Positions 27,363 through 37,662 of a stretch of DNA of 64,000 nt are shown in pieces. The DNA lies in NCBI GenBank assembly GCA_031371275.1, contig JANMJI010000021.1:2369-66368 (forward strand). Reading direction: 5' to 3'. The first letter of the stretch is position 1, and the number at the start of each line of letters is the position of its first letter. The position numbers and the translations under genes were made by a program. This stretch comes from Betaproteobacteria bacterium. Its GTDB lineage: Bacteria; Pseudomonadota; Gammaproteobacteria; Burkholderiales; Burkholderiaceae_C. The notes below the pieces were generated by a model. It was not told the origin of the DNA. It made no database searches and saw nothing but the letters and a program-made list of their open reading frames with translations.

Positions 27363-30300
27363 GTGCGCCCCCACCCCGAAGGCCCCCTCCTGCGTGAACG
27401 CATCGCCAGCTGGAACACGCTGGCGGTGGCGGTGGTTCGCGCCGGCGCCGTGGCGCTGGCCGCGCTGCTGCTGGCTTTCGCCGGCAGCCTGAGCATCGGC
27501 TTGGCGCCCTGGGCGGCCATGGCCTTGCCCGCCGGTCTGGCCCTGGCCGCCCATTGGCGCTGGGGCCGCGGTGCTGCTGCGGGTGCCGCGGCAGGCTTGT
27601 TGCTGGCCTTGTTGAGCATGGGTGTGCCCGCCGGCCTTTCGGTCTTGAGCGCTGGCATGGTGGGCCTGGGCAGTGAGCTGGCGCAGATGCTGCTGCGCCG
27701 CCTGCGTTTTGACGCCCGCATCGAACGCACCGCCGACGTGGCCGCCCTCGCCACCGCGGCCCTGTTGGCCATGGCCTTGACACCCGCGGTGGTGGTTGCG
27801 GCCTGGACACTGGCCTTGGCCGGCCCCGGGGGCAGCGAGCCGGGGCCGGTGTTTGTCACTGGCTGGGTGGTGCTGGCCTTGGGCAGCCTGTCGGCCGCCG
27901 CCGCCGCCTTGGCCTTCGACCGCAGCCTGCTGCACACCTTGCAGCGCAGCGCTTCACAGGCCCGCAGCCTGGTCGGCCTGTTGCTGGTGCTGGGCATGGC
28001 GGTGTTGTTGTGGCTGGCGCCCACGGCACGTTCACCGCTGCTGTGGGCGCTGGCCGTGTTTGTGCCGCCGCTGGTGCTGGTGACCCTGGCCCTGCGCGAA
28101 CAGTTCACGCTGGCCAGCAGCGGCGGCGTGCTGGCGGGCTTGCTGGGCGGCCTGGCCGCGGGCATGGGCGTAGGCTTGCCGGCAGGCGCGCCTTTCGGCG
28201 TCGGCACCGGCACCGCGCTGGCAGTCTGGCTGGGCGCAATGCTGGCCCTGGTGCTGCTGGCCCATGCCGCCACGGTGCAATGGCGCAGCCGGGCACAGCG
28301 CTGGGAATGGGCGCTGGACGGTTCGCGCCTGGGTGTGGCCGACTGGCACTTGCACAGCGAAGGCAGCTTCGCTTCGGCCGCCTGGCGCACGCTGACCAAC
28401 CACACCGAACGCCACTGGGCACCCGCCAGCTGGCAGGCCCGCGTACACCCCGACGACCAGGGTGCGGTGGCGCAGGCGATTGCCTCGCTGACATCGGGGC
28501 AAGCCGGCCGACGCGAGATCGAAGTGCGGGTGCCCAGCACGCAATCGGGCACCGGATGGCGCTGGGCCGAGGCCACGCTGATGGTCATCGAGCGCGACGG
28601 CGCCGGCCATCCGCTGCGCCTGTTGGCGACGCTGGCCGACGTGCAAGACAAACGCGAAGCGCAGGAACGCCAGCGCATGTCGGCAAGCCTGTTCCAGCAT
28701 CTGCACGAAGGCCTGCTGATTACCGACCCCGACCTGCGTGCGCTGGACGTGAACCCGGCCTACACACAAATCCTGGGCGTGCCGCGCGACGAGTTGATAG
28801 GCACCGTGCCCAGCCTGCTGCGCCCGGCCCCGGCCGACCCGGTGGCGCGCCAGCAGCGTGCGGCGATGTGGGCGGGTTTGCGCGACACCGGCAGTTGGCG
28901 CGGTGAGCTGATGGAAAACCGCCGCAACGGGCAAACCTGCACGCTGCAAGCCACCATCTCCACCGTGCACGGCCCGGCTTATGGAGCCCACCACGACAGC
29001 CAACCCGACCTGCGCTACCACGTCCTGGTCATCAGCGACATCACCGAACAACAAGCCCAGCGCGACCAGCTGCAACGCCAGGCCCACTTCGACGAACTGA
29101 CGCGCCTGCCGAACCGCGCCAGGCTGTCGCAACTGCTGGACGACGCGATGCGCGCGGCCGACCGCGACGGCTATCTGCTGGTCGTGTGTTACCTCGATCT
29201 TGACCGCTTCAAGCCGGTGAACGACCGCTACGGTCATGCCGCCGGCGACCGCCTGCTGGCTGAACTGGCCGGCCGCCTGCGCAGTGCCTTGCGCAGCCGC
29301 GAACAGTGGACCGATTCGGCCGCACGCCTGGGCGGCGACGAATTTGTATTGCTGTTGCGCGCCGGCACGCTGGAAGAAGCCCGCTTTGCGGTGGAACGCG
29401 TGCTGCGCGTGGTCTCGCAGCCCTATGTGGTGGATGCTGCGCAAGACGCGGTGCACATCACCGCCAGCATGGGCGCCACCGTCTACCCGGTCGACCGCAG
29501 CGACGCCGACACCCTGCTGCGCCATGCCGACCACGCGATGTACGGCGCCAAGCAAAGCGGCCGCAATGGCTACCTGTTCTTTGACCCCGAACAACGCCGC
29601 CGCACCGAACAGCGCGTGATGGCCATAGGCCGCATTCAGGAAGCGCTGGACCTGCAGGAATTCGTTCTCTACTACCAGCCCAAGGTCGACATGCGCAGTG
29701 GCCGCGTGCTGGGTTTTGAGGCCCTGCTACGCTGGGAACATCCGCAGCAGGGGCTGGTCGCGCCGCTGCAGTTTTTGCCGCTGATCGAAAACACGGGGCT
29801 GTCTTCACGCATCGGCGACTGGGTCATCTCGCGGGCGCTGGAACACCTGTCCAACTGGCGCCGCGACGGGCTGGATTTCTCGGTCAGCGTCAACGTCTCG
29901 GCACGCCACCTGCAAGAGCCTGACTTCGCTTTGCGCTTGAGTGAGCTGCTGGCCCGCCACAGCGAACCGTTGGCCACGCATCTGGAAATCGAGATGCTGG
30001 AAACGGCGGCGCACGCCGACATCGAAGCCACATCGGCGCTGCTCGCCAAGTGCCAGGGCACGGGCGTGCGTTTTGCGCTCGACGACTTCGGCACCGGCTA
30101 TTCGACGCTGACGTATTTGAAGCGCCTGCCGGTGGACGTGCTGAAGATTGACCGCAGCTTTGTGCACCACATGCTGGACGACGCGCAAGACCGCGCCATC
30201 GTTGAAGGCGTCATCGGCCTGGCCCGCACCTTTGGCTGCACCGTGGTGGCCGAAGGCGTGGAAAGCCCGGCCCAGGCGCGCACGCTGCTGGAGCTGGGCT

Positions 30301-30488
30301 GCGACATCGGCCAGGGCACCGGCATCGCCGCGCCCATGCCGGTGGCGCAGGTGGCCAACTGGGCGCGCGAATACAAGGGCATGTTTGCGCTGTTGCCCGC
30401 GATCTTGCCGGTGGTCGTGCCCGCTGTCGCGCCAGCGGCCGTGCCCGAGGTCAAGCCCGACATCGTGATCGGTAAACTCGGCGCGTGA
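27363..30488 (+). CDS. Membrane (MASE1-like) PAS-PAS-GGDEF-EAL diguanylate cyclase/phosphodiesterase
   Basis: About 290-aa multi-TM N-terminus, PAS (VHPDD; VNPAYTQILG), HFDELTRLPNR, intact GGDEF, FEALLRW, LDDFGTGYS, KIDRSF, VAEGVE. Start codon uncertain. Confidence 0.92.
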   Translation: MRPHPEGPLLRERIASWNTLAVAVVRAGAVALAALLLAFAGSLSIGLAPWAAMALPAGLALAAHWRWGRGAAAGAAAGLLLALLSMGVPAGLSVLSAGMVGLGSELAQMLLRRLRFDARIERTADVAALATAALLAMALTPAVVVAAWTLALAGPGGSEPGPVFVTGWVVLALGSLSAAAAALAFDRSLLHTLQRSASQARSLVGLLLVLGMAVLLWLAPTARSPLLWALAVFVPPLVLVTLALREQFTLASSGGVLAGLLGGLAAGMGVGLPAGAPFGVGTGTALAVWLGAMLALVLLAHAATVQWRSRAQRWEWALDGSRLGVADWHLHSEGSFASAAWRTLTNHTERHWAPASWQARVHPDDQGAVAQAIASLTSGQAGRREIEVRVPSTQSGTGWRWAEATLMVIERDGAGHPLRLLATLADVQDKREAQERQRMSASLFQHLHEGLLITDPDLRALDVNPAYTQILGVPRDELIGTVPSLLRPAPADPVARQQRAAMWAGLRDTGSWRGELMENRRNGQTCTLQATISTVHGPAYGAHHDSQPDLRYHVLVISDITEQQAQRDQLQRQAHFDELTRLPNRARLSQLLDDAMRAADRDGYLLVVCYLDLDRFKPVNDRYGHAAGDRLLAELAGRLRSALRSREQWTDSAARLGGDEFVLLLRAGTLEEARFAVERVLRVVSQPYVVDAAQDAVHITASMGATVYPVDRSDADTLLRHADHAMYGAKQSGRNGYLFFDPEQRRRTEQRVMAIGRIQEALDLQEFVLYYQPKVDMRSGRVLGFEALLRWEHPQQGLVAPLQFLPLIENTGLSSRIGDWVISRALEHLSNWRRDGLDFSVSVNVSARHLQEPDFALRLSELLARHSEPLATHLEIEMLETAAHADIEATSALLAKCQGTGVRFALDDFGTGYSTLTYLKRLPVDVLKIDRSFVHHMLDDAQDRAIVEGVIGLARTFGCTVVAEGVESPAQARTLLELGCDIGQGTGIAAPMPVAQVANWAREYKGMFALLPAILPVVVPAVAPAAVPEVKPDIVIGKLGA

Positions 30489-32308
30489 TCCCGGCTGGTT
30501 TTCTGCAAGAGTTGCTTTCCCGCGTCGACATCGTCGACGTTGTGGGCCGGCATGTCGAACTCAAGCGCGGTGGCGCCAACTTCATGGGGCTGTGCCCCTT
30601 TCACGGCGAAAAGTCACCCAGCTTTTCGGTCGCCCCCGCGAAACAGTTTTATTACTGCTTTGGCTGCGGCGCCAGTGGCGATGCCATTCGCTTCCTGAGC
30701 GAACACCTGGGCCTGAGCTTCGTCGAAGCCGTGCGTGAACTGGCCCAGGGCGCGGGCCTGGCCGTGCCCGAGGAACAGGTCAGCCCCGAGGAACGCCAAA
30801 AGCGCGACACGCTGCGCCAACGCCGCCTGAACCTGGGCGACGTGCTGCAAAAAGCCGCCGACTTCTACCGCGCGCAGTTGAAGGCCCAGCCGCGTGCGGT
30901 CGACTACCTGAAACACCGCGGCCTGACCGGCAGCGTGGCCGCGCGCTTCGGCCTGGGCTTTGCGCCGCCAGGCTGGAAGACGCTGGCCGGCGTGTTTGCG
31001 AACTACGACGACCCGCTGCTGGAAGAAGCCGGCCTGGTGCGTTTGAAGGAGGCCGAAGACGGCGCTTCCGAAGGCGCTGAGCGGGGCCGCTACGACTGGT
31101 TCCGCGACCGCGTGATGTTCCCCATCCGCAGCGTCGACGGCAAGGTCATAGGCTTCGGCGGGCGCGTGCTGGACGACAGCAAACCCAAGTACATGAATTC
31201 GCCGGAGACGCCGCTGTTCAGCAAGGGGCGCGAACTCTACGGCCTGTTTGAAGCGCGCCAGGCATTGCGCGACAAGGGCTACGCGCTCGTCGTCGAAGGC
31301 TATATGGATGTCGTGGCGCTGGCGCAGAACGGCTTTGCCAACGCCGTCGCCACGCTGGGCACGGCCTGCACGGCCGAGCATGTGCAAAAGCTGTTTCGCT
31401 TCACCGACAACGTCGTCTTCAGCTTCGACGGCGACGCCGCCGGCCGCCGCGCCGCCGCGCGTGCCCTTGAAGCATCGCTGCCCCACGCCAGCGACCTGCG
31501 CAGCGTGCGTTTCCTGTTCCTGCCCACCGAACACGACCCCGACAGTTTTGTGCGCGAACTGGGCCCAGCGGCCTTCGATGAGCAAGTGGCCAAGGCCGTG
31601 CCCTTGTCTAGACAACTCACGGCACAGGCCGGCGAAGACGCCGACCTGTCCAGCGCCGAGGGCCGCGCCCGCATGCTGGCCCAGGCCAAGCCGCTGTGGA
31701 TGGGCTTGCCCGACGGCGCGCTGAAGCGCCAGTTGCTGCCAGAACTGGCGCGCCAGGCACAACTGGACAACGCCGACCTGGCAGCGCTGTGGGGCACTGC
31801 GGCGCTGGCCGCGCAACCCCGCGCTGGCGGCACCGCAACCCGCTTGCAGGCGCCGCTGCAGCGCAGTGGCCGTCGCGCGCCGGCGGCGTCGGCCGACCTG
31901 GTTTTGCGCCTGCTGCTGCGCCACAGCGATTGGTGGGAAAAACTCAGCCCCGCAGACCACGAACTGCTGCATGGCCTGGGCAGCCCGCACAGCGACGTGC
32001 TGGCCTGGCTGGAACGCCAACTGACAGAACACGGCCCGCTGACCTGGGCCGCGCTTGAACAGGCCCTGGATGGCGATGCCTGGCAGGCCCAAGCCAAGGC
32101 CTGGGTGGACAGCGCGGCGCCCGACGAAGAACAGGGTTTTGACGATCTGCGCCGCGTGCTGCAAAGGTTGTGGATAGACCACCTGGGCGCGCAAGCCCAG
32201 GCATTGGCTGCTGGCGGCGCCACAGAGCGCGAAGACCTGCAACGCCTGCGCGCGCTGCACGAACAGATCGGGCGCTTGAAAGCCGGTCTGGCCGTCACCA
32301 CCTCCTGA
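30485..32308 (+). CDS. dnaG: DNA primase
   Basis: CPFH zinc finger, CFGC, KYMNSPET, TOPRIM VEGYMD, FDGDAAG, DPD. GTG start overlaps the upstream TGA. Confidence 0.97.
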   Translation: MIPAGFLQELLSRVDIVDVVGRHVELKRGGANFMGLCPFHGEKSPSFSVAPAKQFYYCFGCGASGDAIRFLSEHLGLSFVEAVRELAQGAGLAVPEEQVSPEERQKRDTLRQRRLNLGDVLQKAADFYRAQLKAQPRAVDYLKHRGLTGSVAARFGLGFAPPGWKTLAGVFANYDDPLLEEAGLVRLKEAEDGASEGAERGRYDWFRDRVMFPIRSVDGKVIGFGGRVLDDSKPKYMNSPETPLFSKGRELYGLFEARQALRDKGYALVVEGYMDVVALAQNGFANAVATLGTACTAEHVQKLFRFTDNVVFSFDGDAAGRRAAARALEASLPHASDLRSVRFLFLPTEHDPDSFVRELGPAAFDEQVAKAVPLSRQLTAQAGEDADLSSAEGRARMLAQAKPLWMGLPDGALKRQLLPELARQAQLDNADLAALWGTAALAAQPRAGGTATRLQAPLQRSGRRAPAASADLVLRLLLRHSDWWEKLSPADHELLHGLGSPHSDVLAWLERQLTEHGPLTWAALEQALDGDAWQAQAKAWVDSAAPDEEQGFDDLRRVLQRLWIDHLGAQAQALAAGGATEREDLQRLRALHEQIGRLKAGLAVTTS

Positions 32309-32335
32309 ACCTGGCCAGGCCGTTTTGCTGGGTGG

Positions 32336-32350
32336 GCGGATATAATCCGC
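32336..32350 (+). promoter_or_regulatory. Perfect -10 (TATAAT, 32341-32346) inside palindrome GCGGAT-ATA-ATCCGC; probable rpoD promoter
   Basis: Sequence seen directly. It implies a 5' leader of about 330 nt. No good -35 found. Confidence 0.55.
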
Positions 32351-32414
32351 GGTTTGTCGCAGCGGCAAGAGTGTCCGGGCAAGCGTCAACAACAAAAACA
32401 CGCATTCAGGTGCA

Positions 32415-32460
32415 GGGACTTGAAGCGGGACTCAAAGCAGAATTTGAAGCGGGATTGACG
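32415..32460. repeat. 12-nt degenerate tandem repeat (GGGACTTGAAGC) x~3.5 in the rpoD leader
   Basis: GGGACTTGAAGC GGGACTCAAAGC AGAATTTGAAGC GGGATTGACG. Confidence 0.7.
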
Positions 32461-32679
32461 GGCCCCCGAACACCCCTGGACAGGGCCACACCAGATCAAT
32501 TCCAGAGCCGCCGCCAGTCCTGCCAACGCTGCCCACGCCATGCGTTCATAAGAACTTGCCAGCACGGCCTGCGCGGCCTGTACGAATCCGACCGCTGCGG
32601 CGCCCGACCCTCCAACGTCGGCGCGCGTTTGCAGCCCCCGCGCAGGGTGCATGTCGCCACCACAGATTGAAGGAACCGC

Positions 32680-35166
<2,487 letters not shown>

Positions 35167-35221
35167 GCCACCTTGCAGGGGGCGTGTCGAAGCAGGGTCG
35201 GCGGCTACACTTCGGCCAGCC

Positions 35222-36184
35222 ATGACACGCATCTCTGACCGCACCGTTTTGTTCGCCGATTTGCGTGGCAGCACCGGGCTGTTCGAGACCCTGGGCAATG
35301 CCGAGGCGACATCGGTGGTGACGCATTGCGTCAACGCGCTGGGCGGCCCGGTGACGGGCCACCAGGGGCATGTGGTGAAGACGCTGGGTGATGGCCTGAT
35401 GGCGGTGTTTGACGCACCTTCTTCAGCCGTGGCGGCGGCACTGCAAATGCACGATTTGCTTGAAGGCATGGTCTCGCGCGGCAGCGAACGCGGCGCATCT
35501 TCCGGGCTGCGCGGTTTGCGGCTGCAAGTGGGGCTGGCGCGCGGTGAAGTGGTCGAGATGGCGGGCGATTGTTTTGGCGATGCCGTGAACGTGGCGGCGC
35601 GCTTGCTTGACCACGCCGGCGACAACGAAACGCTGCTCACCGCCGAAGTCATGCAAGACCTGGCGCCAGAGATGCAGGCGCGTTTTCGCAGCCTGGACAA
35701 GCTGGTCTTGCGCGGCCGGGTGGAACCCGTGCAGGTGCATGTGATGGGTGGCCGCCGCGCGGCTGTGGGCGCGGACGCCGCGGCCACGCAGTTCGGAGAC
35801 GTGACGGCCGTGCGAGAGCCCGATGGTCTGCGCCTGATGTGGGGCGGCCAGCACCTGGTGTTTGCCAGCGAGCAAATGCCCGTGGTGCTGGGCCGCAGCC
35901 CGCAGGCCGCGTTCTGCGTCGATGATTCGCGCGTTTCGCGTTCACATGCGCGGCTCGACTGGCATGGCGGCAGCTTCCAGCTCACCGACCTGTCCTACAA
36001 CGGCACCTATGTACGCTTCAACGACGGCGAAATCGTCAGCCTGCGCCGCGGTGGCTGCACGCTGCATGGCAGCGGCAGCATCGGCCTGGGCGGCACACCC
36101 AGCGACCCGGCCTCGGCCTGCGTCAGTTTCGACGTGCTGCGCTTCGCTGACACCCAACCGCAGCCCCTGCTGCCGCTGCGTTAG
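35222..36184 (+). CDS. Class III adenylate cyclase with C-terminal FHA domain
   Basis: FADLRGST, VKTLGDGLM (Lys = ATP specificity), GDCFGDAVNVAARL. FHA residues GR, SRSH and NGT are conserved. Confidence 0.9.
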   Translation: MTRISDRTVLFADLRGSTGLFETLGNAEATSVVTHCVNALGGPVTGHQGHVVKTLGDGLMAVFDAPSSAVAAALQMHDLLEGMVSRGSERGASSGLRGLRLQVGLARGEVVEMAGDCFGDAVNVAARLLDHAGDNETLLTAEVMQDLAPEMQARFRSLDKLVLRGRVEPVQVHVMGGRRAAVGADAAATQFGDVTAVREPDGLRLMWGGQHLVFASEQMPVVLGRSPQAAFCVDDSRVSRSHARLDWHGGSFQLTDLSYNGTYVRFNDGEIVSLRRGGCTLHGSGSIGLGGTPSDPASACVSFDVLRFADTQPQPLLPLR

Positions 36185-36187
36185 GCC

Positions 36188-36568
36188 ATGCGCGTTCTGT
36201 ACATAGACGACGACCGTATCAACACCCTGTTGTTCGTCGAAGCCTGCCGTTTTGCGGGCGGCGTGGAAACCGAAACCGCCAGCAGCGGCGCCGAGGCCAT
36301 GGATCTGGTGCAGCGCTGGGTGCCCGACCTGCTGGTCATCGACTTGCACCTGCCCGACACCAACGGCTATGTATTGCTGCCGGCACTGCGCGCGCAACTC
36401 AAGGCGCCCACCCTGCCGGCCTTTTTGTGTACCGCCGAAGAAGCCTCGCTGGTCGCCGAGCCGGCCCGCCGCGCCGGCTTTGAAGGCTGCTGGGCCAAGC
36501 CCGTCGACCTGCCCCTGATACTGGCCGAACTGGCACGCCGCAGCGGCGCGGGGCCCGCCGCGACATGA
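36188..36568 (+). CDS. Stand-alone response regulator receiver (CheY-like)
   Basis: YIDDD, VIDLHLPD (phospho-Asp), CTA, AKP. Confidence 0.88.
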   Translation: MRVLYIDDDRINTLLFVEACRFAGGVETETASSGAEAMDLVQRWVPDLLVIDLHLPDTNGYVLLPALRAQLKAPTLPAFLCTAEEASLVAEPARRAGFEGCWAKPVDLPLILAELARRSGAGPAAT

Positions 36569-37662
36569 GTTTTCAAACCGAGCCGACCTACCGCCACGGT
36601 CAGCCACCGCGCACCGCCGTGCTGCTGGTCAACCTGGGCACGCCCGACGAGCCCACCGCGCCAGCACTGCGCCGCTACCTGGCCGAATTCCTGAGCGACC
36701 CGCGCGTGGTGGAGATTCCGCGCCTGGTGTGGTGGCCGCTGCTGCACGGCGTCATCCTGCGCACGCGGCCGGCCACATCGGCCGCCAAGTACGCCACAGT
36801 GTGGATGCCCGAAGGCTCGCCACTGGCGGTGTGGACGCAGCGCCAGACGCAGGCGCTGGACGCCGCCATGACAGCCGCTGGGCACGACGTGCTGGTGCGC
36901 CACGCCATGCGCTACGGCAACCCTTCGGTGGCCTCGGTGATGGACGGCCTGCGTGCCGAAGGCGCGACCCGCGTGCTGGTGCTGCCGCTGTACCCGCAGT
37001 ACGCCGCGGCCACCACCGCCAGCGTCGGCGACAGCGTGATGCGCTGGGCCCAGCAGTCGCGCCGCGTGCCCGAACTGCGCTTTGTCGGCGAGTACCACGA
37101 CGACCTGGGCTATATCAACGCATTGGCCGAACGGCTGCAGTCGCATTGGCAGCAACACGGCCGCGGTGACAAGCTGGTGCTCAGCTTCCACGGCGTGCCC
37201 GAACGTTCACTGCACCTGGGCGACCCTTACCACTGCCAATGCCACAAGACGGCGCGGCTTTTGGCGCAGAAGCTGGGTCTGACTAACGATCAAATGGTGC
37301 TGACATTCCAAAGCCGTTTCGGCAAGGCCAAGTGGCTGGAGCCTTACACCGAACCGACGCTGCGCCAACTGGCGACCAGCGGCGTCAAGCGCGTCGATGT
37401 GATGTGCCCCGGCTTTGTCGCCGACTGCCTGGAAACGCTGGAAGAAATCGCCCAGGAAGCGCGCGAAGCCTTTCTGCAAGCCGGTGGCGAGCAGTTCAGC
37501 TACGTGCCATGCCTGAACGACGCGCCGACGTGGACAGCGGCCTTGGCAGCGCTGGCCGAGCGCCATCTGCAGGGCTGGGAAACGCGCCGGCCGCCGGGTC
37601 ACGATGCCGGCGCGCTGGCCGATCAGGCGCGGCGTGCGAAAGCACTCGGCGCCAGTGCCTGA
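36565..37662 (+). CDS. hemH: Ferrochelatase
   Basis: LVNLGTPD, EFLSDPRVVE, AMRYGNP, LPLYPQY, SFHGVP, FQSRFG, WLEPYT, GFVADCLETLEEI. Confidence 0.97.
   Translation: MSFQTEPTYRHGQPPRTAVLLVNLGTPDEPTAPALRRYLAEFLSDPRVVEIPRLVWWPLLHGVILRTRPATSAAKYATVWMPEGSPLAVWTQRQTQALDAAMTAAGHDVLVRHAMRYGNPSVASVMDGLRAEGATRVLVLPLYPQYAAATTASVGDSVMRWAQQSRRVPELRFVGEYHDDLGYINALAERLQSHWQQHGRGDKLVLSFHGVPERSLHLGDPYHCQCHKTARLLAQKLGLTNDQMVLTFQSRFGKAKWLEPYTEPTLRQLATSGVKRVDVMCPGFVADCLETLEEIAQEAREAFLQAGGEQFSYVPCLNDAPTWTAALAALAERHLQGWETRRPPGHDAGALADQARRAKALGASA

Noticed and set aside
18607-32401. Other long antisense or alternate-frame ORFs (e.g. 18607-19488, 21792-23621, 28032-29594, 30614-32401; also 54910-56328)
   Set aside because: All fully overlap confidently identified genes and have the composition of reverse-complemented GC-biased codons.
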